Below are positions 30,699 to 40,906 of a stretch of DNA of 64,000 nt, piece by piece; position 1 is the first letter of the stretch; every line of letters begins with the position of its first letter. The notes beneath the pieces were generated by a model. The model did not search any database. It was not told the origin of the DNA and was given only the letters and a program-made list of their open reading frames with translations. This stretch comes from an uncultured delta proteobacterium (GTDB taxonomy: Bacteria; Desulfobacterota; BSN033; UBA1163), in NCBI GenBank assembly GCA_963708295.1, contig CAVPSJ010000004.1, positions 32,001 to 96,000 on the forward strand, in the 5' to 3' direction. Made by a program: the position numbers and the translations under genes.

Positions 30699-31697
30699 AT
30701 GCATCACGTTGGAATTATTGGAACGGGCTCTTATATTCCGGAGAAGATCCTTTCAAATTATGATCTGGAAAAGATGGTGGACACCAGCGACCGGTGGATT
30801 TTGGAGAGGACAGGCATCCATGAGCGAAGGATTGCGGCAGAAGAAGAAACCAACGTGACCATGGGCCGACTCGCCCTTGAAAGGGCTATCGAAAACGCGC
30901 GGATCGACCCCAAAGAGATCGAGATGCTCGTCATGGGTACCAACACCACGGAACCGGTATGGCCCTCCGCGTCGGGCCACATCGCCCATCTCCTCAATCT
31001 CCATGAGACGATGCCTTTCTTTGACGTGCAGGCAGGGTGTACCGGTTTCAATTATTCGCTGGCCTTGGCAGAGCAATTTGTAAAATCGGGGCAGTACAAA
31101 ACGGTCGCCGTGGTCGGATCGGACAAACTTTCAGCCATCACCAATTATAAGGATAGAAACACATGCGTCCTCTTTGGAGACGGAGCAGGAGCCGTGATCT
31201 TGAGGCGGAGAGCTAAAGAAGGCATCATCCGATCCTATTTGGGCGGCGAATACAAATTGCGGGATACCCTTGTGCTTCGCAAGTATGGAGGCGATAGCCG
31301 TCGATTCATGTGGATGAACGGGAATCGGGTCTATGCTTTCGCCAAGGGCGCAATGGCGGAAAGTTGCCTGCGCGTTCTTGACCCTGATCGGACGGCAGGC
31401 AAGAAAGAACTCCGTGCCTTGTTCAATCAAGTGGATCGAATCGTTCCCCATCAGGCCAATGAAAGGATCATCAACAGCGCTGCAGAGCATCTTGAATCCA
31501 AACTCGACCTTCCTGACGGGGCAGTCAAGAATAAGATGATCGTGACGATTCATAAGTATGGGAACAACTCCACCGCTTCCATTCCTCTCGCTCTCGACGA
31601 GTCCATTCGAGAGGGGAAGCTCAAGACGGGAGACCTCATCATTCTTGTCGGCTTCGGAGCCGGCCTGACTTACGCTGCCAATCTGGTCAGGCTGTAA
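30699..31697 (+). CDS. fabH: 3-oxoacyl-ACP synthase III
   Basis: AGCTGF, VLFGDGAGA, PHQAN, GNNSTASIP catalytic triad motifs. Confidence 0.92.
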   Translation: MHHVGIIGTGSYIPEKILSNYDLEKMVDTSDRWILERTGIHERRIAAEEETNVTMGRLALERAIENARIDPKEIEMLVMGTNTTEPVWPSASGHIAHLLNLHETMPFFDVQAGCTGFNYSLALAEQFVKSGQYKTVAVVGSDKLSAITNYKDRNTCVLFGDGAGAVILRRRAKEGIIRSYLGGEYKLRDTLVLRKYGGDSRRFMWMNGNRVYAFAKGAMAESCLRVLDPDRTAGKKELRALFNQVDRIVPHQANERIINSAAEHLESKLDLPDGAVKNKMIVTIHKYGNNSTASIPLALDESIREGKLKTGDLIILVGFGAGLTYAANLVRL

Positions 31698-31782
31698 AAC
31701 AGACGCATCCCATTTATTTTCTCTTTCCTTCAAGAATGGGATGTGCCCCCACCTAAAACGATTGCCGCTTCCGCTTTTCCTC

Positions 31783-32523
31783 TCAATAATTGGACGCAGC
31801 CCTCACCGCATTGGCAAACGCTGGAATTTCATCCCACGTTCTGCCTTCAAGCTTCCGTCCAGTCTTCTTCCTGTTTGGACCACCCCATTGCTTAAAGAAG
31901 AATGATACTTTCTCCTTCTGACATTTGTTGCGGATATCCACAGCCCACGAAGCATCCATCGGTCTCGCCTGAGGCCCAGATTCTCCTCCTACAATGACCC
32001 AGTTTATCCCTTTGAGATTGAGATCGCTTACAGGCCCAAGAAGTGGTTCAAAAGATATGAATTTAATTCTTGCTCCGGTTTTGCGCAGATGGTCGATTCT
32101 GAAAGCATGCTCTTGATTTTCAACACTGACTCCCATCCAAATGTTGGAACTCCAGGAAAGTTTAGGATTGAGTTCAAGAAGGCGTTCTGATCTTTTCGTC
32201 AGAATCTGGAAACGATGCCAGTGGGCCTGTTCCATGATATGAAAGACCCTCTGAATAAATTTAGCTGGGACATCCTCATGGAAAAGATCACTCATCGAAT
32301 TCACAAAGATTGATTGCGGTTTCTTCCACATCAGTGGTAGTTCCAGGACTTTCTCTTGTAAAGTAAGTTCAAATCCGTTGGCATAGTTGGGCTGACCCAT
32401 CGCCTGAAGCCGTTTGGCCATACGTTCGGCGTAGCAATGGCCGCATCCAGGGCTTATTTTGGTACAACCGGTGACGGGATTCCATGTGGATTCAGTCCAT
32501 TCAATTTTAGAAACTGAACTCAT
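31783..32523 (-). CDS. DUF5131 / phage Gp37-Gp68 family protein (three-Cys radical-SAM-like)
   Basis: [52 protein letters not shown]. Confidence 0.93.
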   Translation of the reverse strand: MSSVSKIEWTESTWNPVTGCTKISPGCGHCYAERMAKRLQAMGQPNYANGFELTLQEKVLELPLMWKKPQSIFVNSMSDLFHEDVPAKFIQRVFHIMEQAHWHRFQILTKRSERLLELNPKLSWSSNIWMGVSVENQEHAFRIDHLRKTGARIKFISFEPLLGPVSDLNLKGINWVIVGGESGPQARPMDASWAVDIRNKCQKEKVSFFFKQWGGPNRKKTGRKLEGRTWDEIPAFANAVRAASNY

Positions 32524-32534
32524 TAGGCGTAATC

Positions 32535-33662
32535 CTATTTGTGGGCGCGAATTCGTGCACCGCTTACAACAGTGTTCTTCCTTTGCCCGGGCTGCCGTTT
32601 AATTGACACTTTGCTGTCATGCTCTAATTCGACTAATGCTTCTTTTATGGTTTTGGCTACACCAGTGGTGTTAGCATATGCCCAATTCTCTATGTCATCG
32701 TAATCTACCCAACCCTTCGCGTTCCGGCATAGCTCTTCGATTCGGTCACGTAGCGTAACCTTGTCTGGATTCTCAAAGAGGCTCATCTGCTCGGAAACCA
32801 GCCCAATGGCTTCGAACCGATAGGGCGCGTCACTGACTTTTGCCATATTGTTCTTCATGGTCTTGAGTGCCCGAATGTCCTTCGAACCATGAATGAGATA
32901 GTACCGGGGGCGTGTTCCCTGACTAGGTGTGTTAACCCTAAAAGGCATCGCATACTGAGCACCAGCGTTCAAAAGACAAGAGGAGTAAAGGTTGACAAAG
33001 AATGCGTACTTCTGTCCTGGCGTAGTACATTGAGCGACTTTTTTGAAGTCATCGGTCCCAAAGAGGGCCATCATACCCTCTTCATATTGTTCCTGTTCAC
33101 AAAACCTTACGATATCGTAGACCATAAAATTGACGAAAAGCTCAGTGCGCGGATAGGTCAATAAACGTTCTAAAGTCTTCATCGGGTACCCGCTGTACCC
33201 GAATGGGTCAATGAAAAAGAATAACGGTTGGTATCGCAAATCTGTCTGGTCGAATAAGTCGAGTACTTCGTTGACTTTGTCATCGAATTCACCATTGTGT
33301 ACCTGCCAATCCTGGTTGTGTCTATTGAGTTTGTCTAACTTCTTTTTCAACATCTCGGTGCACTGGGCATCTTTGTCGACGCAGTGCATTATGACCGACC
33401 GCTTCGGGTCTTCGTCGAGATATTTGTTCGCAACTTCTGCAACTAACAAGGGAGACCCAGAGCACTCATCCGTCTTAGACTCATCGTTGTAGTATATTCC
33501 CGGGCCGCAAAAACCGTCAAAGTAAACCACCTTCTGCTCTCTTCCCCGTTTGGTTTGGACTGCGAAGAATATTGCCATCCAAGGGTCAATGTACTTTGTG
33601 AGTAATGCGTGTTTGATCCGAGTATGTTCATCAATTACCCAAGGTATCTCAACAAGAGTCAT
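32535..33662 (-). CDS. tcmP: three-Cys-motif partner protein (TcmP, methyltransferase-like fold with C-terminal wHTH)
   Basis: [35 protein letters not shown]; directly upstream of DUF5131. Confidence 0.88.
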   Translation of the reverse strand: MTLVEIPWVIDEHTRIKHALLTKYIDPWMAIFFAVQTKRGREQKVVYFDGFCGPGIYYNDESKTDECSGSPLLVAEVANKYLDEDPKRSVIMHCVDKDAQCTEMLKKKLDKLNRHNQDWQVHNGEFDDKVNEVLDLFDQTDLRYQPLFFFIDPFGYSGYPMKTLERLLTYPRTELFVNFMVYDIVRFCEQEQYEEGMMALFGTDDFKKVAQCTTPGQKYAFFVNLYSSCLLNAGAQYAMPFRVNTPSQGTRPRYYLIHGSKDIRALKTMKNNMAKVSDAPYRFEAIGLVSEQMSLFENPDKVTLRDRIEELCRNAKGWVDYDDIENWAYANTTGVAKTIKEALVELEHDSKVSIKRQPGQRKNTVVSGARIRAHK

Positions 33663-33772
33663 GATATGGACCTGCCTATGGGTGAATACTTGTTCGAGAG
33701 AGGTTTCAAATATACATCTTGATGCACAAAATATCATGACTGGTAAATATGTCAATTGTTTTTACGGGTAAT

Positions 33773-33817
33773 GAGATTGCCACGTCGTCCCGCCAAAGCG
33801 GGACTCCTCGCAATGAC
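33773..33817. repeat. REP-like element (GTCATTGCGAG...GCAATCTC family)
   Basis: GAGATTGCCACG-TC-GTCCCGCCAAAGCGGGAC-TC-CTCGCAATGAC with internal hairpin. Confidence 0.7.
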
Positions 33818-33835
33818 AATGCAATATTCCCCTCT

Positions 33836-36251
33836 TTAGAAAAATAATGGAAATCTTTTCACTCGAACCCTTGAATCCCTGCCTACGGCAGGCGGGCCAG
33901 GCTCCTCGAACTCTTTTAATTCTTTTCTTAAGCGTTTCGCATTATACCCCAGGTGAATCAATATCTCTTCGGTTGCTTTCACGAGGAGATCCAGGTATTT
34001 TTTGACATCGTAGGTGTCGTCCGGCCCGACTAACGGAAATGGCCTGACCCGCTCCGCCTTATCTTTTGCTTCGGCATCTTTGATCACATACCTCACCTTT
34101 TCTCCGGGATGGATCAGAATTCCGACATCCTCGAGCTCCTGAGCGGCAAGAGCAGTCAGGCTATCTACCTTGTAGGCACTGGGCTCCTGAGAGATCCTCT
34201 TGCCGATGGCCAGATCCTCGTTTTTTGCCTGTCCGTCCTTTAACATCAGGCTATATTCGAGGAGAAGGTCTAAAATTTTTGGAATCTTCGCCCGATAATC
34301 ATCTCTATTCTTCGTCTCTGCCAGAATCTCAAGCATTCGAAGCTGAGCTTCCTGAATCAAAGGAGGCGTGTCACTTCGTCGAAATGCCAATCCTCGCGCC
34401 TTGATCTTTCCGTTTTGAAAGAGTCCGAAATAACGGTTGGCCACGGGACTCTCCGGATTCCCTTTGGAGGGAAGGAAGGCCATCCATCGATAAATTCCCT
34501 CCAGACTCATCGTGATCCCGGTGGCATCGCTGATCTTCTGACAGAGTTCAAGGACCTCTTCCTCTCTGAGCCCTTTCTTACGAATCCAGAGGGAATCGGT
34601 AATGGCATGGAGGAGTTCGAACCCTTCCTCCTCGCAGATCTCCTTGGCTTGAAGAAGGCTTTCCCTTCCAAAGGCAGTGACCGCCTCATGGGCTTCGATT
34701 CTCCCGAAGCGGGCATTCCGATAACCCAGATATCCAAAGCATGTCACGAGCATCCACTTGAGTGCTGTCTGCTTCCGGTTGTAAATTTCTCTTCTCTTTT
34801 CGCTAAGGGAATCGATTCCAAATCCCCCCAACCCCCTTTTGCTAAAGGGGGGAGGGGGGATTATTTCCACATTCCGCATTCCGCATTTCGCATTCTTCTT
34901 TGCCTGCTGCCTTCTGCTTTGTGCCTACTCCTTCTTTCGCCATTTTCTTCAACCAAGCCCTTCTTGCTAAGATGGGCCTGAGTGTCTTGGGAACAATCCC
35001 CTCTCTCTTCTCACAGATGGTATAACCCGTTTCCGGGACCCGATCGTTTTCACAACATCCACAAAGTACGGTCTCCGGAGAAATATTGTGAATCGCCATC
35101 ATGGTGGGATACATCGAGGCGAAGTCAATCTCCGCCACCTCTTCAAAGATCCCCAGCTTAGGTTGAAAGACAAGCCCCCCCTTGTCTCCAACCAGCAGAT
35201 CCCACGCCGTCTTGAATCTTTCCGGCTCTCCCTTTCTCCAGGGAATGAGAATGTCCTCCTGGAAGGCCCGGTCGAGTTGCATCGAGGTGATCGCTGTTCC
35301 CGGAGAGGTCCGGGCCATTCGTTGAACTGGAATTTTAGATAATCGCGCCAGCTCGATCACTCCTTCCATTCCCGATTCTCCATAGATGAAAGAGTTTCTA
35401 CGATCGATGTGCCACCTTCCAAGGAAGAGATGGGCAGGGGCCCGATAATAGGTCCGGCCATAGGAGAAATAAGAAAAACCTTTCGGATGAACCTGTCTTT
35501 TCACAGGATGAGGCTCCCGATCCCAGGGGATGGAGATTTTCCACCTTGTCTCTCCAGAAAAGAGAAGGGGCAAAAGAGAGGCATCCCCCTCATCGCTCAA
35601 GATCACATCCGGATCGAAATGTCTGAGAAATTTATCGACTTCTCCGACATCGATCGTCTCCGTCTCCACATGATACCCTTCACATTCCAGTAGGAGCCCT
35701 GAACCAGTACGGTTCAGGGTCTGTCCACCGGGAGGCATGGAGTTCCCAGAGATAGAAAGTTCCATGACCCGAAGGTCAAAAATATCTTCATTGTCTACCC
35801 AGACAGACTCGGATGGGTCAGGATGAATTTCGAAGACCCGATTTCCTTCAACCTCCACAAGACACCGCCCTGTTGGAAAAATTTCTCTCTCATAAAGATA
35901 CGTCTGGGGCAAAGGGATGTCACAATTGTAGAAGGTCATTTTCTCTTCCCAGGGAGGGAGAATTCTGGGAAGTTGGGCATAACGCTCCGAATCAACAACC
36001 TCGATCTCGATCACCTCCACTTCATCACCACTCCAGAACTCCTTCTTTCGGGTCCACTGGTAGCCTGCTGCCCGCTGGCCTCTCTGCAGAGAGTGGAAGA
36101 GATCGAGAAGATCACTTTTCTTTCCCTGTGCATAGAATCGGGGCCGGAAAGGATCTTCCAATCGACGAAGTCTCCCATCCTCTTCCTTGATCCACAGGAT
36201 CATCGAGGATTCCAAAGGATAAAGATCGAAGAGACGCCCGCTGATTTGCAT
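33836..36251 (-). CDS. B-family DNA polymerase, PolB2-like, interrupted at a repeat insertion near 34805-34930
   Basis: DKGGLVF, IDFASMYP (motif A), KWMLVTCFGYLGY (motif B), AITDSLW (variant motif C), NRYFG, RRSDTP; no clear exonuclease motifs. Confidence 0.88.
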
Positions 36252-36499
36252 GGGTTTACCTAACTGCTCTGCATTTGCCGACGATGGTTCACCTGTCTGC
36301 TGCAGGCGGACACGAACGATAAGGTTACAATCATTACCCTCCCCCTGGAGGCTGGGTCGCAATATGAAAAGATGCTTTTCAAAAAAAGGGAGAGGCGGCG
36401 GGTTGAGAAGATGTAGAGAATTGTTCCATTGTGACACAGTCTCTTGACGGGGGAGGGTAAGGGTGGGGGTGCCCAAGAGGTATTTAGAGTCCCCTCCCC

Positions 36500-36778
36500 T
36501 CAAGAGAGAGTCTGCTCCTTTTGCTCCTCCAGGATTTTCAGTTTCGACCTCAACTCAACCAGGGCCTTTTCATGCTCGAGGAGAATAGAGACCAGTATCG
36601 TTTCAAAAGGCCAGGGCCTTGAAGCATAGACCCCGGCTTGTACATGAAGCCTTGCCGTTTCGAAGAGCCGGTCGAGGAACTGCTGATCTTCTTTCCTCAG
36701 ACCTCTCCGAAACTTCCTCCACTCCTGGGCTTCCTGCTCCAGAACCCTGCTAAAAGGAAGAACCGTCCTGCCCATCAC
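36500..36778 (-). CDS. small helical protein typically encoded beside PolB2 (arCOG07300-like)
   Basis: MGRTVLPFS...WRKFRRGLRKEDQQFLDRLF...PFETILVSILLE; position in cassette. Confidence 0.8.
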   Translation of the reverse strand: MMGRTVLPFSRVLEQEAQEWRKFRRGLRKEDQQFLDRLFETARLHVQAGVYASRPWPFETILVSILLEHEKALVELRSKLKILEEQKEQTLS

Positions 36779-36937
36779 TCGTACTCCGTGTCCGTGCCTG
36801 CACGCCGAAGTGCAGCGTTTCGGGTCCGCTCACTCATCAATCTCAAAACCGCTGGACATTGCTCAAAGCGCATAGCGAAATTCATTCAGTGCTTATCTAA
36901 CGTGTTCGCCCCCAGTAAATGGGGTGCTACAGATTTT

Positions 36938-37657
36938 TCAATCTGCGATTTGCGATCTTGCAATCTGCAATTCTGCTACTTCTTTTATCAAAATCATTTT
37001 GGGCCCCTCCTCATCCAAATCAATCCTCCAAGCTTCGTTAGAAAACTGGAAGAGCCTCCGGGTGAGATAGACTCGTTTCGAATCCCTGAATCCCCCCATC
37101 CTCCGTTTAGAAAAAGGAGGAAAGAGAGAATTTTCAGAGAAGATAGAGGACTGGAATAGAAAAAAAGGAACTCCTCCCGAGGCTATTCCTTCTATCTTTC
37201 TCAGAGCTCTCTCAAAGAGAGGGCGAACCTCTCTCTCCGGCACATCTTCATCCAGAAAGGTGGTGAGCGGCCCCAGAAGGATCACCCATGGTTTTTGTAG
37301 GGGCGATTCATGAATCGCTCCTACCGTCCTGGCATGGATCAGGGAAACCAATCTTTCTCCCATCAGAGTGGCCATCTGGTAGCAGGTAAAGGCTCTTGCG
37401 ATCCGAATGCTTTTGAGAAGCTTCTCCGGAGAAATCAATGTCCTCTTTGCGAAAGACGAGACCGTATAGGCGTTAAAACGATTGGCTCCGTCTAATACGA
37501 TCACCTCGATCCCTTTCCCCGCCATCCATCCCGCTACATAAGAAGAAATCTCTCCCGCATCTTCCCCCCAAAAAAGAACTTTTCGGGGAGTAGAAGATTG
37601 AACTTGTGATAAGACTTCATCGAGGGTGAGGGATGGAGTTCGGAGTTTAGAATCCAT
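36938..37657 (-). CDS. divergent RecA/RadA-fold (ImuA-like) protein lacking Walker A
   Basis: VIVLDGANRFNAY, IRIARAFTCYQM, TTFLDEDV. Confidence 0.75.
   Translation of the reverse strand: MDSKLRTPSLTLDEVLSQVQSSTPRKVLFWGEDAGEISSYVAGWMAGKGIEVIVLDGANRFNAYTVSSFAKRTLISPEKLLKSIRIARAFTCYQMATLMGERLVSLIHARTVGAIHESPLQKPWVILLGPLTTFLDEDVPEREVRPLFERALRKIEGIASGGVPFFLFQSSIFSENSLFPPFSKRRMGGFRDSKRVYLTRRLFQFSNEAWRIDLDEEGPKMILIKEVAELQIARSQIAD
37297..37324. repeat. GTAG-family REP palindrome inserted in frame within a CDS
   Basis: GTAGGGGCGATTCA-TGAATCGCTCCTAC, 13/14 palindromic; translates as VGAIHESPL. Confidence 0.85.
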
Positions 37658-37900
37658 ATCTTTCAGTCCGGAGTTCGGAGTTTCGCTTCCGCATCGTTCG
37701 GAGTTAGGTTTTTGGAGTATCCTTCTCTGATCCTTTTAGGGATTTCATCAATCCATTGACCATTTTCGATCGTTCGACACAGAATCTTCTTGATCGCTGT
37801 TCGAATCTATCGTCGATAACTCTTTGCCTACATGAAATTTCTGTAATAGAAACACATTCTCTTATAGATCTTCTTGCAGTCCATCACTCCGAACTATTAT

Positions 37901-38569
37901 TTAAACTTTCCTGAACATCCCGATGACCTTTCCAAGAATTTGAACTTCCCCTGATCCCTCCTTAATCTGAATCGTCCCCCAGCGCTCATTGTCCGGCTTC
38001 AACTCGACCTCCCCTCCTTTTTTAAAAAACCGCTTCACCGTTGCCTCTTCTCCCATCAGGGTCACCACCACATCCCCATTTTCTGCCGAAGGTTGGACCC
38101 GAACGACGACATAATCATCGGGCAGAATATAAGGGGACATACTGTCACCTTTCACTTTCAGAAGGAAGATCTCTTTTCCTTTCACCCATTCCGTGGGAAG
38201 GGGAATCGTCCCTTCCACATGTTCTACGGCCAACGTGGGCTTTCCTGCGGCGACCCTGCCTAAGATTGGAATCTCCCGGCTCAACGCCCTCCCCTCTTTT
38301 TTTAGAGGTCCCCCATACGGTCCAGCCCCCAGGGATGAACCATGCGATTCATGCTCCTGAAAGATGAGTATCTCGAGGCCTCTGGACATCGAACCCCTCC
38401 GTTTCAAATAACCTTTTTTTTCCAATGCCTTGAGATGGTCGAAAACCGCTCTCGGATAAATATTGAAGTGCTCGCCGATCTCTCTTACAGAAGGGGGGTA
38501 GCCTCTTTCTTTGATAAATATCCTGACGAAGTCGAATATCTCTTTTTGCCGAGATGTCAGTTCCATCAT
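37901..38569 (-). CDS. lexA: SOS repressor LexA
   Basis: LTSRQKEI, GYPPSVREI, VAAG cleavage site, GDSM (Ser), TVKR (Lys). Confidence 0.96.
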   Translation of the reverse strand: MMELTSRQKEIFDFVRIFIKERGYPPSVREIGEHFNIYPRAVFDHLKALEKKGYLKRRGSMSRGLEILIFQEHESHGSSLGAGPYGGPLKKEGRALSREIPILGRVAAGKPTLAVEHVEGTIPLPTEWVKGKEIFLLKVKGDSMSPYILPDDYVVVRVQPSAENGDVVVTLMGEEATVKRFFKKGGEVELKPDNERWGTIQIKEGSGEVQILGKVIGMFRKV

Positions 38570-38689
38570 TCCCCTCTTGAATCTAGGATTGTAAATTGGA
38601 TCAGTTCCCAATGTGGATCATTCGATTTGTGGATTAGTCCGAGACGGGCGCTTCGCCGATATTCTGAGTTTCGAATTTTTCGTGTTTTA

Positions 38690-38718
38690 ACGATACTATA
38701 CATTTGTTTAGCTGTCAA
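38690..38718 (-). promoter_or_regulatory. lexA promoter with candidate LexA operator in the spacer
   Basis: TTGACA-N17-TATCGT; near-palindrome TAAAC-AAAT-GTATA at 38697-38710. Confidence 0.65.
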
Positions 38719-38832
38719 GGGAATTCTAGGAGGTCTCTGGAAGAAACATTGGTTTCTGGGAAACGGAGTGCTATTGTATTTCATTCAATCTATAAGTTAA
38801 AATTAACTATTTGACGAAAAAAGAATTCACTC

Positions 38833-39486
38833 ATGTGGGAGCGCTTTAAGGAAGATATTCGAACCATTAAAGAGAGAGATCCTGCGGCAAGAAACCTCGT
38901 AGAGATTTTTCTCTGCTACCCGGGTCTCCATGCAATCTGGCTCCACCGCGTCGCCCATTTTCTGTACGAAGAAGGCTGGTATACAACGGCTCGCCTCGTC
39001 TCCCACTTCAATCGAGGGTTTACAGGAATCGAGATTCATCCCGGGGCCAGGATCGGCAGACGGCTCTTTATCGACCACGGAATGGGGGTGGTCATCGGAG
39101 AGACAAGCGAGATCGGCGATGACTGCCTCATCTACAAAGGCGTGGTGCTGGGCGGTACCACCCTCGAAAGGAAGAAACGACATCCCACCCTGGGGAACCG
39201 TGTCATTATTGGTTCTAACTCCACTGTCTTAGGAGCCATCATCATTGGCGACGGTGCGAGAATTGGCTCCGGCTCCGTGGTGGTTAAACCCGTTCCAGCC
39301 GGTGCGACCGTCGTCGGTGTCCCGGGCCGCATTGTGGAATCCTTGACTCCGGAAAAAGACGAACTCGATTTCGAACATGGAAATCTCCCGGACCCGTTGT
39401 CTGATCTTATGAAGATGCTTCTTCAGCTTCACAGTAGATTAGAAGAGAGAGTCAAGCGATTGGAGAACCAGGAGAACGAACATTAA
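38833..39486 (+). CDS. cysE: serine O-acetyltransferase
   Basis: RDPAAR, YPGLHA, TGIEIHPGA, FIDHGMGVVIGET, KRHPT. Confidence 0.96.
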   Translation: MWERFKEDIRTIKERDPAARNLVEIFLCYPGLHAIWLHRVAHFLYEEGWYTTARLVSHFNRGFTGIEIHPGARIGRRLFIDHGMGVVIGETSEIGDDCLIYKGVVLGGTTLERKKRHPTLGNRVIIGSNSTVLGAIIIGDGARIGSGSVVVKPVPAGATVVGVPGRIVESLTPEKDELDFEHGNLPDPLSDLMKMLLQLHSRLEERVKRLENQENEH

Positions 39487-39561
39487 ACAAATCAAGGTCA
39501 AGGTGGAAGCTTGGGTTAAGATTTGAAGTATTCTCCGATTCAACTTTGTTAGGCATGAAAC

Positions 39562-39987
39562 ATGGCAAAATATCCAAAAGTTTTGATGGAACATTTTCAA
39601 AATCCAAGAAATGTGGGTGAGATTTCTGATCCGGACGGTATCGGCACTGTCGGAAATGCCTCTTGCGGGGACATCATGCAGATGTTCATCAAAGTGAATG
39701 GCGACAAGATTATCGAGGCAAAGTTCAAGACTTTCGGCTGCGGGGCTGCCATTGCCACCAGTTCTATTCTCACAGAGCGGATCAAGGGGGCCACGCTGGA
39801 CGAGGCCTTGACGATCTCGGAGGAGACTTCTACGGAGGTCCTCTCCCAATTGCCTAAAGAAAAAGTTCCCTGCTTCACCCTGGCCACGGATGCTTTAAAA
39901 TTGGCGATCGAGGAATGCCGATGCAAGCGGACCGGGATTCATGAAAAGGGTGGGTTTGATATGAAGGAGATGGAGAAGGAATCATAA
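39562..39987 (+). CDS. iscU: IscU/NifU-type Fe-S scaffold
   Basis: HFQNPRNVG, CGDIM, KTFGCGAAIA, third Cys in KVPC. Confidence 0.9.
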   Translation: MAKYPKVLMEHFQNPRNVGEISDPDGIGTVGNASCGDIMQMFIKVNGDKIIEAKFKTFGCGAAIATSSILTERIKGATLDEALTISEETSTEVLSQLPKEKVPCFTLATDALKLAIEECRCKRTGIHEKGGFDMKEMEKES

Positions 39988-39997
39988 GGATGATTTC

Positions 39998-40906
39998 ATG
40001 ATAAAAGAAGAAAAGGTCGTTTTTCTCAAGAATCCAAACCATGTCCTGGAACAAGTGATTAAGAACTTCATCCATGAAGCGCAATCGAATCAACGAACTC
40101 AGCTGGACGACGGAACTTACTGGGAAGAACCCTTGGTCGGATTTGCTTCAGGCATTGCACCCCTCTTCTTCGAATACAAAACACTCATCGGCCCCTTTCA
40201 CCTGACCCCTAGGGAGATTATTTCAGCAGCCCTGAAGGAGAGGGGGAGAAGTCTTCTCTTTACTGAGATTGAGCAGATTAGTGTTATTTCATGGGCTCTC
40301 CCCGCCTCAGAAGATATTCGCAAGAGCAACCGTCAGGAAAAACAATTTCCGTCCAAACTCTGGGCCTACGGCAGGACGTTTGGCGAAGCCTGTAATATCG
40401 CTCTCAGGAACCAGGTTGTAACCTTTCTGGAGGACTTAGGACATCCTGCCGTGGCACCCACGCTTTCCCCGGCGTTTCAGCATATCAGGGATGAGAAGGT
40501 GGGCTGGGCTTCTCCCTGGTCTGAACGCCACATCGCCTATGCCTGCGGTCTCGGAACCTTCAGCCTCAATGATGGTCTCATCACTCCTAAAGGAATGGCT
40601 GTTCGATTCGGCAGCGTCGTCACTCTGCTGAAGTTGACACCAAGCGAGATGAAATATCGTCACCATAGAGAAAATTGTCTTCAGTTTCGAAACGAAAAAT
40701 GTGGAAAGTGCATTCCGAGATGTCCGGCCGGCGCGATATCGGAAAAGGGACATGATAAGGATAAGTGTAAGGAATATGTCGATTCGGAGGTTTTGCAAAA
40801 GAAACGGATCGAATATGGGTTACAAAACCCTCCCCCTTCCTGTGGCCTCTGTCAAACCGACGTCCCCTGTGAATTTCAGATCCCAAGACCAAACCTGATC
40901 GCCTAG
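39998..40906 (+). CDS. epoxyqueuosine reductase-like Fe-S protein
   Basis: PLVGFA, WSERHIAYACGLGTF, CGKCIPRCP, CGLCQTDVPC. Confidence 0.82.
   Translation: MIKEEKVVFLKNPNHVLEQVIKNFIHEAQSNQRTQLDDGTYWEEPLVGFASGIAPLFFEYKTLIGPFHLTPREIISAALKERGRSLLFTEIEQISVISWALPASEDIRKSNRQEKQFPSKLWAYGRTFGEACNIALRNQVVTFLEDLGHPAVAPTLSPAFQHIRDEKVGWASPWSERHIAYACGLGTFSLNDGLITPKGMAVRFGSVVTLLKLTPSEMKYRHHRENCLQFRNEKCGKCIPRCPAGAISEKGHDKDKCKEYVDSEVLQKKRIEYGLQNPPPSCGLCQTDVPCEFQIPRPNLIA

Noticed and set aside
36252-36503. 84-aa N-terminal extension of PolB in the ORF track
   Set aside because: Made of REP-like palindromes and low-complexity sequence; polymerase-like sequence begins at MQISGRLFDLYP (36251).
38795-38808. AGTTAA-AA-TTAACT palindrome upstream of cysE as an Rrf2/IscR site
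   Set aside because: Short, AT-rich and overlapping a likely -10; no regulator adjacent, so it cannot be supported.
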